Source: an uncultured Bacilli bacterium (lineage in GTDB: Bacteria; Bacillota_I; Bacilli_A; RF39; UBA660). From it: a stretch of 64,000 nt of DNA. The position numbers and the translations under genes are program-made. This document shows positions 37,437-47,894 of this stretch, one piece after another (positions within the stretch are counted from its first letter, which is position 1; every line of letters begins with the position of its first letter). A model generated the notes under the pieces. The model made no database searches and was not told the DNA's origin. It was given only the letters and a program-made list of their open reading frames with translations. The DNA lies in contig CANQKX010000004.1 in assembly GCA_947624565.1 (NCBI GenBank), positions 3,273 to 67,272 of the forward strand, written 5' to 3'.

Positions 37437-38489
37437 TTATTCATTATTTAGTTTATCCATAAAATTAAAGTAATGATTTTTTTTATTTTCTAATATTGGA
37501 TAATCATTATAATCTCCAACATTTATTAATGGATAATCTCCTTGTTTTATTTCTATTTGATATTCAAATTTATCTACAAAAAATTCACCATATATCTTAT
37601 TTATACTTTCTATATTTCTTGATATAACGTAAATTTTTTGATTATTAGATATTGCATTTTCAAGTAAATCATCTAAGTACTCTATTCTTGTAAAAATATC
37701 AAAATTATCAATAATATAATTAAATGAAATGTTATTTTTTCTTGACACTTTTGAAACTTGATTTAAAAGTATATTAGTAAATCTATTATACTGAGAATTA
37801 CTAATTATAAATATTGCTGTTTTATTATCTAACTTACTTAAATCTATTTCATTACTGCATAATAAATTTAATAAATTTTCACTTGTAACATATTTATTTA
37901 ATTCTGTTTTTAATACAGATATAATACCACTTCTAGTTTCTACTGGTGAAAGTGCAGTTGGTGATAAGAATGTATATTCTGGACTTGTTAAATCTAGGTT
38001 ATTAATATATTGCTTTAATTCTGCATAATTTTTATTTGATTGTTCTGTTTGAGAAATCATTACTTGAACACTAGCTAAATTTATTTCTTCTTCTTTTGCT
38101 TCTTTAAATAATAATAATATAATTCCTGTTAAATAATCTGATGCACAATTACCCCAGAAAGGATCTATTGCAAAATCATTTTTCATAAGTTCATATGAAA
38201 AGTTTTTAATTAAACTAATAGCCATATCTTTCTTATTATCTTTATATAATTTATATGGTAATAATAAAGGATTAAAACCATTTGATTTTGATGCATCTTT
38301 ATAATTTATTACATATACATTATATCCATTTTCTTTTAACTTTTTTCCAAAAGTTTTATAATATTCTTCTTTATTATCAACAATTAACATATTCTCATTT
38401 TTACTTATTATATTTTTTACTTCATTAAACATTAATCCTGTAGTTTTTCCTACAGATGTTTTTCCTAAAATTAAATTTGTATTTTTCAT
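37437..38489 (-). CDS. Soluble TraG/VirD4-like (type IV coupling protein family) P-loop ATPase, lacking the N-terminal TM domain
   Basis: Walker A is LILGKTSVGKTTGL. Conserved T4CP blocks are LIVDNKEEYYKTF...GYNVYVINYKDASKSNGFNPL and DPFWGNCASDYLTGIILLL. Walker B is like YIIDNFDIF. The downstream QKIYVISRNIESINKIYGE matches the T4CP QS..QL..YG motif. The protein is only 350 aa. Confidence 0.6.
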   Translation of the reverse strand: MKNTNLILGKTSVGKTTGLMFNEVKNIISKNENMLIVDNKEEYYKTFGKKLKENGYNVYVINYKDASKSNGFNPLLLPYKLYKDNKKDMAISLIKNFSYELMKNDFAIDPFWGNCASDYLTGIILLLFKEAKEEEINLASVQVMISQTEQSNKNYAELKQYINNLDLTSPEYTFLSPTALSPVETRSGIISVLKTELNKYVTSENLLNLLCSNEIDLSKLDNKTAIFIISNSQYNRFTNILLNQVSKVSRKNNISFNYIIDNFDIFTRIEYLDDLLENAISNNQKIYVISRNIESINKIYGEFFVDKFEYQIEIKQGDYPLINVGDYNDYPILENKKNHYFNFMDKLNNE

Positions 38490-38490
38490 T

Positions 38491-38883
38491 TTATATCTCC
38501 TTCTTTTTCATTTTTATTTGATTTTCTTTTATTATTTTATTTTCTAAAATAATTTTACCACCTACTATATTACTTCTTAAATAGTCAATTTCTCTTATTT
38601 TTTCTTCAAATAAATTTATATGTTTTAATAATTCTTCTTTTTTCTTAAGCATAGTATCATTAGTAAAATTATTCCAATTTTCCTTTATTTCTTCTAAAGA
38701 AAAACCTACCCTTTTTAAACTTAATATTAAATTTAAATCATTTATTTGATCATCACTATAATACCTATATCCTGTGAATAAATCAATTTCGACAGGTTTA
38801 AATAGATTTATTTCATCATAATATCTAAGTGTTTTAACTGGTACATTAGTTTTCTTAGAGAAATCACCTATTTTATATAACAT
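38491..38883 (-). CDS. MerR-family transcriptional regulator
   Basis: The N-terminal MerR HTH is YKIGDFSKKTNVPVKTLRYYDEINLFKP, followed by a coiled coil. Its stop lies 1 nt from the TraG-like start, implying an operon. Confidence 0.7.
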   Translation of the reverse strand: MLYKIGDFSKKTNVPVKTLRYYDEINLFKPVEIDLFTGYRYYSDDQINDLNLILSLKRVGFSLEEIKENWNNFTNDTMLKKKEELLKHINLFEEKIREIDYLRSNIVGGKIILENKIIKENQIKMKKKEI

Positions 38884-38952
38884 TTTCCCTCCTTCTTTTT
38901 GAGTATAACATTACAGTTAACTGGAAAGTCAAGATGTTAAAATCTTTAATAA

Positions 38953-38990
38953 TTATAACAAAAAATATGATATATTTCTATATCATATAT
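38953..38990 (-). terminator. Palindromic terminator-like repeat, copy 2, overlapping the 3' end of sod
   Basis: The sequence is ttataacaaaaaaTATGATATAtttcTATATCATATat. About 33 of 38 nt match copy 1. Confidence 0.5.
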
Positions 38991-39586
38991 ATACTATTAT
39001 ATCTATTATTTACAACATTAAAATCAAGTATAAAAAATAAATTTCTAATATATTCTTTCTTATCTGTTTTATATTGAAGATAATATGAATGTTCCCATAC
39101 ATCTATTACAAGTAATGGAATAAAATCTATTAAAGTAAGTTCCTGATGTTTTTCAATTTGAATTATTAATAATTTATCTAAATATTTATCATAACCAAAT
39201 ACTACCCAACCAGGTCCTTCTATATTTAACAAAGATGCATTTAATTCATCAATAAATGCATCATATGAACCAAAATCTTTTTTTATATGATTAACAAGTT
39301 CATTACTTAGTAAAGTCTTATTAGGCATTGGAGTTAAATTTTCAAAAAACAATCCATGAAGTATGTAAGCATTTGCGTTAAATGATAATCTTTTAGATAA
39401 ATTTTGTATGTTACTAAAATCACTATTTTTTCTATTATTATTAAATTCATCCATTATTTTATTTAAGTTATCAGTATAACCTTTATATAATGTATTATAA
39501 TGATAATTAAACATATTACTGTCATAATAAGGTTCTAAATCTTTATAATTATACTTTAATTTCTTCATTTCATACATAAATTTCAC
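38978..39586 (-). CDS. sodA: Fe/Mn superoxide dismutase
   Basis: The N-terminus is LPYAYDALEP-like (YNYKDLEPYYDSNMFNYHYNTLY). The C-terminal metal-binding motif is DVWEHSYYLQYKTDKKEY. Confidence 0.85.
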   Translation of the reverse strand: MKFMYEMKKLKYNYKDLEPYYDSNMFNYHYNTLYKGYTDNLNKIMDEFNNNRKNSDFSNIQNLSKRLSFNANAYILHGLFFENLTPMPNKTLLSNELVNHIKKDFGSYDAFIDELNASLLNIEGPGWVVFGYDKYLDKLLIIQIEKHQELTLIDFIPLLVIDVWEHSYYLQYKTDKKEYIRNLFFILDFNVVNNRYNSIYMI

Positions 39587-39628
39587 CTAATAAAATATAT
39601 GAAATATATTTATTAACTTGATAAAATA

Positions 39629-40744
39629 TTAATTTTTTAATTGATTATAAACAATATCAAAACATCTTAAAAATTCATCTAGTTCATCTTTTGTAGTTAA
39701 ATGTGATAGACTTATTCTAAGTGATGATGCTGATCTTTGTTCATCTTTAGTAAGAGCATATATAACTTTTGAAATATTTTTATCACTTGAACAAGCTGAT
39801 TTTGTACTAATATATATATCATAATCTTCTAATTTACTTGCAAATTCTTTAGAATTAATACCTTTAATAGATATATTTAATGTATTATATATTGATTTAT
39901 CAGTACTATTAAAATATACATCAGGATACTTTGATAATTTATCTTTTAAATATTTATTTAAATCTTTTATATATTCATTATTTTTATCCATATTATTAAG
40001 TGCTAATTCTAAAGTCTTTTTTATAGATAAAATTAAAGCTAATGCTGGAGTACCACTTCTATATTTACTTGTACTTTTTCCTCCATGAATAATAGGTAAT
40101 AATTTAACATTATCTCTTTTTATTAAAACACCTACTCCATTTATACCATATATTTTATGAGTTGCAAATGTAATCATATCTACATTTTCAAAATTAATAT
40201 TTACTTTACCTATTGCTTGTGTTGCATCTGTATGAAAAACAACATTATCATATTTTTTTAGTACTTTAGCTATTTCTTCAATATCTAAAACTATACCTGT
40301 TTCACTTTCAACACATGTTATACTTACTAGTGTTTTTTTGTCATCTATTAAACTTTCTAAATTATTAATATCAATTTGTCCATTTTCATTAACAGGTAAT
40401 ATATCAATATTATAGCCTTTTGATAATAGATAATTACATGGTGAAATTATAGATGAATGTTCTATTTCAGTAGTAATAATATGACAATCCTTATTAAGTT
40501 CTGCAAAACCTTTTATTACTAAATTATTTGATTCTGTTGAACCACTTGTATATATTACATCATCAATATTGCATTTAAAAATATCAGCAATATATTTTGT
40601 AGTTTCATCTATTTTCTCTTTTGCTTCTATACCTAATTTGTGTGAAGAATTAGGATTTGCGTAATATAAAATACTATTTAAGTTAAAATCTTCTAATACT
40701 TTTTTATCTACAGGACAATTAGCTGCATAATCTAAATATACCAT
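39629..40744 (-). CDS. Cysteine desulfurase (class V aminotransferase, NifS/IscS-like)
   Basis: The PLP-lysine region is FATHKIYGINGVGVL. The catalytic Cys loop is STKSACSS. Confidence 0.8.
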   Translation of the reverse strand: MVYLDYAANCPVDKKVLEDFNLNSILYYANPNSSHKLGIEAKEKIDETTKYIADIFKCNIDDVIYTSGSTESNNLVIKGFAELNKDCHIITTEIEHSSIISPCNYLLSKGYNIDILPVNENGQIDINNLESLIDDKKTLVSITCVESETGIVLDIEEIAKVLKKYDNVVFHTDATQAIGKVNINFENVDMITFATHKIYGINGVGVLIKRDNVKLLPIIHGGKSTSKYRSGTPALALILSIKKTLELALNNMDKNNEYIKDLNKYLKDKLSKYPDVYFNSTDKSIYNTLNISIKGINSKEFASKLEDYDIYISTKSACSSDKNISKVIYALTKDEQRSASSLRISLSHLTTKDELDEFLRCFDIVYNQLKN

Positions 40745-40756
40745 AATATCAACTCC

Positions 40757-42838
40757 TTACTCAAATACAAATGATAATTTGCCATCATCTTCTAATTTTA
40801 ATTTAGCAGAAAATTCTTTATTATTTTTAGATATAAAACCAGTTATATTACTTGATACTTTATTTTCAAGTATTTCTTTTGCAATATTTTTATTTATTAT
40901 TTTCTTACATATATTCATACTTATTTTAAAATTACATCCATCTTTATATCCTGTACATCCATAATTATATTTTCCTTTAATTACATCTTTTCCACATAAT
41001 GGACATTTACCTATATAATCTTTATAAAAACCTGTATCATATTGTAAATTATTATTAAATACTTCACTTATTTCATCTTCAGCTAATTTTACTACATCAC
41101 AGACTTTTTTGTTACCTTTATATACTTGTTTTAATCCTTTACCTAGTTCACTTGTTTTGTATTTATCCATACTAATATTCATATTTGATAAAGATTCAAT
41201 TAAATATTTCCCTTCAGGAAGTATATAATATACATCTTTTTTAAGTTCAATATATTTACTATTAATAGCATTATTTATAATACCTGTTCTAGTTGCTTCT
41301 GTACCAAGTTCAAGTCCATCAAATATTGCTTTATAATCTTCTGTATCATCGTCTTCTTCATCATTTAATTTAACTTTATCTTCTTTAAATGGATTTTTTA
41401 GATAATTATTAAGTGTTTCAATTGTATAGTGTTTTGGTGCAGATTTCTTTTTTTCTTTAGGTTTAAAATCAATATTTATTTCATCACCTACATTTAAATT
41501 TGGAAGAACTTTATCATTTTTATTATATTCATCATATCTAGTCCATCCTTTTTCTATTATAACATTTCCTTTTAATATAAACTCTTCTTTTTCACCTAAT
41601 TTTATCTTTATTTCTGTCTTTTCTATTTTACAATCATCAGCACAAAATACTGCGGCAAACCTTCTCATAACTGCAGTATAAACTTTTATTTCATCATCAC
41701 TCATATTTTCTTTTTTAGGTATTTTATATGTTGGAGTTAGTGCAGAGTGAGATTCTATTTTACTATCATCAAATATAGTTTTCTTATCTTTAAATTTTAT
41801 TTTATATCCTAAATTAGATACTATGTTAATTATTTCTTTTATTTTATCTTTTTCATTAGTTGCCAGATATTCTGAGTTAGTTCTTGGATATGTTAAATAT
41901 CCTTCTTCATATAATTTTTGTACTACAGCAAGTGATTTATTCATAGGCATTTTATATTTTTTACCTAAATAGTTTTGTAGTTTTGTAAGTGAATAAAGTT
42001 TACCAGGTGCAAGAGTATCTTTTTTAGTTGTTTTATTTATTACAATTGCTTTTTCTTTATTATATATATCACATAATTTTTTAGCATCTTCTATTTTTTC
42101 TTTTTCAAATTTTTCTTTTGAAGTAAGTTCTACATCTTCACCATTAGTTTTTTGATTACTTACTATACCATAGTATATATCTGGAACAAATTCTTCTATT
42201 TGTTTATCTCTATCATAAATTGCTTTTACAATAGGAACTATTACTCTTCCTACTCTAAGAAGTGTACCTGTTTTTAAAGTTGCATATCTAGTTAAATTAA
42301 CTCCATAAAGCCAGTCAACATATGTTCTTGCAAATCCCTCATTTGCTAAATTATCATATTCTTTTTCATCTTTCATATTATTTAATGCTTCATTTACAGT
42401 TTTAGATGTTTGATCTTTAAGCCAAAGCCTAACTTGTTTTTTATCACTTTCAAGAGAATTACTTATACACAATCTAACAATTATTTCTCCTTCTCTATCA
42501 GAATCTCCTGCATTAACAATAGTATCTACATCTTCTCTATTTACTAATTGTTTTATTATATTAAATTGTTTTACAACACCCTCATCTATTCTTTTATTTT
42601 GATCTTTTTTTAAGTTAAATTTAAACTCTTTTGGAAAGAAAGGTAAATTATCTATTTTCCATTTTCTATCTTCTAAATTATCATAATCTTCTATATCATA
42701 AAGGGTAAATAAATGACCAAATGCCCATGATACTAAATAATTATCATTTTCAAAATATCCATCTTTTCTTTTCATGTTTCCAATTGCTGATACTATATTA
42801 CGTGCTAAAGATGGTTTTTCTGCAATTATTAATTTCAT
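40757..42838 (-). CDS. topB: DNA topoisomerase III
   Basis: The Toprim N-terminus is MKLIIAEKPSLARNI. Topo IA domains are present, with C-terminal Cys4 zinc ribbons (CPLCGK...C..C). Confidence 0.85.
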   Translation of the reverse strand: MKLIIAEKPSLARNIVSAIGNMKRKDGYFENDNYLVSWAFGHLFTLYDIEDYDNLEDRKWKIDNLPFFPKEFKFNLKKDQNKRIDEGVVKQFNIIKQLVNREDVDTIVNAGDSDREGEIIVRLCISNSLESDKKQVRLWLKDQTSKTVNEALNNMKDEKEYDNLANEGFARTYVDWLYGVNLTRYATLKTGTLLRVGRVIVPIVKAIYDRDKQIEEFVPDIYYGIVSNQKTNGEDVELTSKEKFEKEKIEDAKKLCDIYNKEKAIVINKTTKKDTLAPGKLYSLTKLQNYLGKKYKMPMNKSLAVVQKLYEEGYLTYPRTNSEYLATNEKDKIKEIINIVSNLGYKIKFKDKKTIFDDSKIESHSALTPTYKIPKKENMSDDEIKVYTAVMRRFAAVFCADDCKIEKTEIKIKLGEKEEFILKGNVIIEKGWTRYDEYNKNDKVLPNLNVGDEINIDFKPKEKKKSAPKHYTIETLNNYLKNPFKEDKVKLNDEEDDDTEDYKAIFDGLELGTEATRTGIINNAINSKYIELKKDVYYILPEGKYLIESLSNMNISMDKYKTSELGKGLKQVYKGNKKVCDVVKLAEDEISEVFNNNLQYDTGFYKDYIGKCPLCGKDVIKGKYNYGCTGYKDGCNFKISMNICKKIINKNIAKEILENKVSSNITGFISKNNKEFSAKLKLEDDGKLSFVFE

Positions 42839-42965
42839 ATATTTACCTCCTTAATTTATTTTAATATATATTATTTAAAATCTCAAGACTTTATAAATAT
42901 ATAATTTGCATTATTAGAAGTTATATTTTTATATATTTTGTAAATAATAAAATTAGGAGGAAATT

Positions 42966-43403
42966 ATGAAAGAAAACTACGAATTAATTGAACATATTTA
43001 TGAAGATGCAAATATGGCATGTTATACTTTAGAAAAATTAACTGAAGATTTAATAGAAAAAGATAATAAAATAAAAAGATGTTTAGAAGATATTTTAAAA
43101 GAATATACATCTTATATGAATGAAGCAAGAAAATTACTTGAAGAAAATGGTATTAAAATTAAAGAGAAAAGTTCAATAAGTAAAATGATGGCGAATAAAG
43201 GAATCAAAAAAGAAGTAAAAAAAGATAATAGTGATTCCGCAATTGCAGAACTTTTAATTCAAGGCATTTCAATGGGCAGTTTAGATATGGATAAAAAAAT
43301 AAGTTCTTATGATAAAGATACTAAAAAGGAATGTATTAAATTTGCTAAAGACTTTCTAAAATTTCAAGAAAAAACTATTAATGAATTAAAAAAATATCTT
43401 TAA
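42966..43403 (+). CDS. Hypothetical protein (145 aa, predicted all-alpha)
   Basis: The ORF has a GGAGG SD. No motif was recognised. Confidence 0.35.
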   Translation: MKENYELIEHIYEDANMACYTLEKLTEDLIEKDNKIKRCLEDILKEYTSYMNEARKLLEENGIKIKEKSSISKMMANKGIKKEVKKDNSDSAIAELLIQGISMGSLDMDKKISSYDKDTKKECIKFAKDFLKFQEKTINELKKYL

Positions 43404-43972
43404 AAGATATTTTTATTTATGTTACTTTGCACTTGTTTTAACATTTTTATACCTTCAGTTTGCTGAATTATTATGTTATTAGCAAGCATTCTAAGTCTTA
43501 CATCTATTGGATATTTTAATACATTTTGACACATTTTAATTGCTCCTTCATGATGAGGAATCATTTCATTTATAAAATCTAAATTAATATTTATAGTTGT
43601 TTTACTATTTCTCATTTCATTTATCATATTTTGAACGATTTTAAAATATTTTTTAAAATAACTATCTACATCTTTTTGAAAATTCATATATGGTATAGTA
43701 GTTTTCGCTATTTCATTCATATATTCTACTTCATATTTTTGTACCTTTACTATATTGTCTGCTATATTTATTAAAGGATAATAATTTGTATAATTAAGCA
43801 AATTTTCACACATATATATTGCTGCCATATGATGAGGAATCATACACCTAATAAAATCTATAGTGATATTATTTGTTGTATCTTTTATCATCATTTCATT
43901 AGACATATTATATAATATTTCATTAAACCTTGCTAAATAATAATTAGTATTTATCTCATTTTGATAGTTCAT
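43400..43972 (-). CDS. DUF305-family protein (duplicated HH-motif four-helix domain)
   Basis: Two repeats carry MIPHHMAAIYMCENLL and MIPHHEGAIKMCQNVL, matching the DUF305 signature. Confidence 0.6.
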   Translation of the reverse strand: MNYQNEINTNYYLARFNEILYNMSNEMMIKDTTNNITIDFIRCMIPHHMAAIYMCENLLNYTNYYPLINIADNIVKVQKYEVEYMNEIAKTTIPYMNFQKDVDSYFKKYFKIVQNMINEMRNSKTTININLDFINEMIPHHEGAIKMCQNVLKYPIDVRLRMLANNIIIQQTEGIKMLKQVQSNINKNIF

Positions 43973-44098
43973 TTTCTCACCCTAATCTTGTAATCTTACT
44001 AATATATAATATTAAAATATTAGAAATTTAATACAAATTATTAAAATATTACTTTATTTTTAACAAAAAAATACCAAATTAAATTGGTATTTTTTATA

Positions 44099-45160
44099 TT
44101 ACATTAATATTTCTTTTGCTTTACTATATATTTTTCCCATTTCTCTAACTTCACTTGGACGACCATTAACTAAGTCATTTAAAATTTCTTTTGCACATGC
44201 TTCACTATAATTATATTTTTGTACTATATAATTTACAAAACCATTTACATATTCTCTTTCTTGTTGTTCATAAGATTCTATATCTTTTATAGCACCATCT
44301 AATCCCAAATTATTATATTTAAAATCATTTATATTCATATCTGATTGCTTTTTACCAAGAACTTCTAATAATTTTGAAGCAACTTTTTCAGCAATTATTT
44401 CATATCCCTTTGAAGTTGGATGAAAATCAATTATTTTAGACTTTAAACTATTTATATCAATATAATCTTGATTGTATTCTTTAGAAACTTGTTGTAATTT
44501 TGAATTAATTTCCTGAAATATAAAATCAAAATCTTTAGGCATTATATTTGGTCTATAGATTCCAAATAGACAAATACAAGCTTTATCATTAATTCCTAAA
44601 ATTTGTTCGATATTCGTTTTTATTCCATCAATAATTGACTGTCTTAATTTTATATCTTCTAATAATATTTTAGTTCTTTCTAAAGCAGTTTTATCCATAA
44701 AAGGTAATTTTGCAATCATATTACCAATTGGATTAGCATAAACTGAATTCATCATATCATTAGATACACAAGATAATAAAACTCCTACTTGTTTTGATTC
44801 TTTAATTGCATCTGATATATGTATATCATAATCTCTTTCATCTACATTATAATAATTCTTTATTTTTTCACTAATTCCTAATTTAGCAATACCATGTCTT
44901 GCGGCATCAATACCTAATTTTTGAATAGTTTTTATTTCTGCTAAAGATAAATTATTTTTCAAAAATTCTGTAATATTGTGTTGTTTATTAATAAATAAAT
45001 TTCCGCAATCAATTGGTAAAATATTACCCACATTTTTTTGACTTAACTTTTCTGCAACATTATATACAACAATATCAGTTTTCTTTTGTTTACTAGGATG
45101 TAAATTTTGTAATAACGAATCATTTAGCGATACTAAAGTTGTTTTATTTCCATATTCCAT
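44099..45160 (-). CDS. Hypothetical protein, possibly SGNH/GDSL-like hydrolase fold
   Basis: The block III-like motif is GINDKA and the block V-like motif is DFHPTSKGYEIIAEKV (DxxH). The N-terminal NDSLL replaces a canonical GDSL. The assignment is weak. Confidence 0.3.
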   Translation of the reverse strand: MEYGNKTTLVSLNDSLLQNLHPSKQKKTDIVVYNVAEKLSQKNVGNILPIDCGNLFINKQHNITEFLKNNLSLAEIKTIQKLGIDAARHGIAKLGISEKIKNYYNVDERDYDIHISDAIKESKQVGVLLSCVSNDMMNSVYANPIGNMIAKLPFMDKTALERTKILLEDIKLRQSIIDGIKTNIEQILGINDKACICLFGIYRPNIMPKDFDFIFQEINSKLQQVSKEYNQDYIDINSLKSKIIDFHPTSKGYEIIAEKVASKLLEVLGKKQSDMNINDFKYNNLGLDGAIKDIESYEQQEREYVNGFVNYIVQKYNYSEACAKEILNDLVNGRPSEVREMGKIYSKAKEILM

Positions 45161-45227
45161 AACAAATCTCCCTTTTTTTTCAAGATATTGTATCTTAATA
45201 TGTATAAAATGTCAAATTATATGCTTA

Positions 45228-46418
45228 TTATTTTATAATTATTATTAGTATTATTATAAGTATTATAACTATAAATGTTAAAATAATAATATTACCAAAA
45301 CCATAATTATTTGGTTCATTTTTATAAACCTTATTCATTCGATTTTTATTATTTTTTAATTCCATTTTTTCAGCTAACATACTAACAAATCTCTCATAAA
45401 ATTCTCTTTCTTCACTAGTTAAACTAATCATTAAATCAGGATTTTTATAGTATTTTATTACATTTTCTGCAATTTCTTTTGTATTTACTTCACTTAAATC
45501 TTTTTTTTCTTCTATTAATTGTGCTTCAATTAAATCAGGTATATCTTCTAAATCGTTATATGATATATCATTTTCTTGTTCATTTGATGATTGTTCACTA
45601 AATTGATTTGAATCTTGATCATTTGATAATATATCTTGATTTTCTGTTTTATCTTTATTACTCATTTCATTTATATTATAACTATATTCTTTAGGTTCTT
45701 CTATAACAGCATTCTGCTTTTTATCATCATATACTGCTTCATATATTTTTCCATCTTTATCAAGTGCTAATAAATTTTCTATATTTACATATACAATATT
45801 TAATTCATCTTTTCTTTCTATTAATTTTGTAAAACTAATTAAATCCTTTTCTTCTAATTTTGATATTAAATGTTCATATCTATTAATATCGCCTATATAT
45901 ATCATATCAAGTTCACAGTCAATTTTTTTTGATTGTTCATCTAACATTTTTATAGAATTTTCTTTATAATTATCTGTTTGAAAATTTTCATTTGCATTTT
46001 GAATTTTTTTTAATTGTTCAGTTAATGATTCACCATTTGATAAATTTTCTAAAATTCTATTTCTACCTATTTTAATATCATAAAAAATAAATACATCTTT
46101 ATCATTATTCAACATTCTATGTTGTATATCAGTAATATCAACACCAAAGGTTTTGCTTATAATTTCTTTTTCATTTTTAGCAGTTTTTATTTCCAAATTT
46201 GATATATAATTATCTATCATTGTGTTTCTTAAATTATAATTTGAAGTTTTCTTTAAATTGGTAACAAAATCACCTAGTTCCTTATTTGTTTTACATTCAT
46301 AAGTTATTTGCAAAATTGCATTTTTTGAATTTGAATCAATAGACAAATCAGAATTATTATAATTACTTAAAAATTTCGAATATTCATCTAAATATTCCTT
46401 TAATTCATCAATACTCAT
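45228..46418 (-). CDS. Hypothetical C-terminally membrane-anchored protein
   Basis: The ORF is 396 aa and ends in a hydrophobic tail (IIILTFIVIILIIILIIIIK). A central region is acidic and Ser/Asn/Gln-rich. Confidence 0.35.
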   Translation of the reverse strand: MSIDELKEYLDEYSKFLSNYNNSDLSIDSNSKNAILQITYECKTNKELGDFVTNLKKTSNYNLRNTMIDNYISNLEIKTAKNEKEIISKTFGVDITDIQHRMLNNDKDVFIFYDIKIGRNRILENLSNGESLTEQLKKIQNANENFQTDNYKENSIKMLDEQSKKIDCELDMIYIGDINRYEHLISKLEEKDLISFTKLIERKDELNIVYVNIENLLALDKDGKIYEAVYDDKKQNAVIEEPKEYSYNINEMSNKDKTENQDILSNDQDSNQFSEQSSNEQENDISYNDLEDIPDLIEAQLIEEKKDLSEVNTKEIAENVIKYYKNPDLMISLTSEEREFYERFVSMLAEKMELKNNKNRMNKVYKNEPNNYGFGNIIILTFIVIILIIILIIIIK

Positions 46419-46572
46419 ATATACTCTCCTATACTATAAACAAATTATATCATAATATAATATCTAACATATGATTAATTACATTAACTTTACATATATT
46501 TTTTTTAAATAATAAACATATAACCCTAACATTTTTTTATTTTTTCAATATTATATTATGAGGTAAAATATT

Positions 46573-47106
46573 ATGTTTATAGAGGCAATTATAACTGCAA
46601 TTATTGTAAGTATAGATGGATTTTTTTCAGGATTTGCAGTAGGTATAAAGAAAACTAAAATAAATATCAAAAAATTATTTATAATAGCAACAATACCTGT
46701 AATTATGGCTATGCCTATTATGTTAATAGGAAATTATGTTAGTGAGTTTATAAATAATAAAGTTGCTAATTGGATTGGTTTTTCATTATTCATATTTTTA
46801 GCAATATCATCTTATATAAATATAAGAAAAAACAAAGAAAATATAGATTATGAAAATAATATTAATTTATCTAATAGCATTATTATAGGTTTTACAATAG
46901 GTATTGATTCATCAATAAGTGCATTTTCTCTTGCACTTATGCATCATAATCCTTTTATTACACCATTTTATTTTGGTATTACACATGGCATTTTAATATG
47001 GTTAGGAAATAAATTAGCTTTAAGTAAAAAAATATCTAAAATTAATTTAATAGAATATTTAAGTCCAATATTATTTATAATAATTGCGATTAGTAAAGTA
47101 ATTTAA
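46573..47106 (+). CDS. mntP: MntP-family (DUF204) putative manganese efflux pump
   Basis: The protein is 177 aa with 6 TM helices and internal repeat motifs SIDGFFSGFAVG and GIDSSISAFSLAL. Confidence 0.6.
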   Translation: MFIEAIITAIIVSIDGFFSGFAVGIKKTKINIKKLFIIATIPVIMAMPIMLIGNYVSEFINNKVANWIGFSLFIFLAISSYINIRKNKENIDYENNINLSNSIIIGFTIGIDSSISAFSLALMHHNPFITPFYFGITHGILIWLGNKLALSKKISKINLIEYLSPILFIIIAISKVI

Positions 47107-47130
47107 AAAAGAACATTAAATGTTCCTTTT

Positions 47131-47883
47131 TTAATCTAATCTTGGAGTTAATATTTCATATCCATCTTTTGTAACTAGTACAGTATGTTCAAAATGTGCA
47201 GAACTTTTTCCGTCATCTGTTTTTATTGTCCATCCATCATCTAATTGATATATATCTGCAGTTCCTAAATTAAGCATTGGCTCTATAGCAATTACCATAC
47301 CTTCTTTTAATCTTGGTCCTGTTGCTTTTTTACCATAATTTGGAACATTAGGATCTTCGTGCATATCAGTTCCAATACCATGACCACATAGTTCTTTTAC
47401 AATTCCAAGATTATGTTTAGTAGCATATTCTTCAATAGCAGCAGATATATCACCTATCCTATTACCAGGTTTTACTTGTTTTATTCCTTCATATAAGGCT
47501 TTTTCAGTATGTTCCATTAAATATTTTTTATCATCTGAAACTTCTCCAACAACATATGTCCATGCTGCATCACCTTGATATCCTTTATAACCTATTACCA
47601 TATCTATTGTAATAATATCACCATTTTTTAATTTTCTATCACTAGGTATACCATGAACTACTTCATCATTAACGCTTGTACATAAAGTTGAAGGAAAACC
47701 TTCATATCCAAGACATGTAGGTACACCATCATTTTTAATAATAAAATCATATGCTAATTTATCTAATTCTTTTGTAGTTATACCTTCTTTTATAAATGGT
47801 TTTAAATATTTATGAGTTAATGATACTAAATATCCAGCATGTCTCATAAGTTCTATTTCTCTTTCATTTTTTATTGTTATCAT
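47131..47883 (-). CDS. map: Methionine aminopeptidase type I
   Basis: The metal-ligand pita-bread fold motifs are HGIP, DISAAIEEY, CGHGIG and HFEHTVLVT. Confidence 0.9.
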   Translation of the reverse strand: MITIKNEREIELMRHAGYLVSLTHKYLKPFIKEGITTKELDKLAYDFIIKNDGVPTCLGYEGFPSTLCTSVNDEVVHGIPSDRKLKNGDIITIDMVIGYKGYQGDAAWTYVVGEVSDDKKYLMEHTEKALYEGIKQVKPGNRIGDISAAIEEYATKHNLGIVKELCGHGIGTDMHEDPNVPNYGKKATGPRLKEGMVIAIEPMLNLGTADIYQLDDGWTIKTDDGKSSAHFEHTVLVTKDGYEILTPRLD

Positions 47884-47894
47884 ACAATCACCCT

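Noticed and set aside
38978-39586. sodA C-terminus overlapping the palindromic repeat as evidence of gene disruption
   Set aside because: The SOD retains the complete metal-binding C-terminal motif (DVWEHSYYLQYK...). Only the final few codons overlap the terminator hairpin, which is common and not disruptive.
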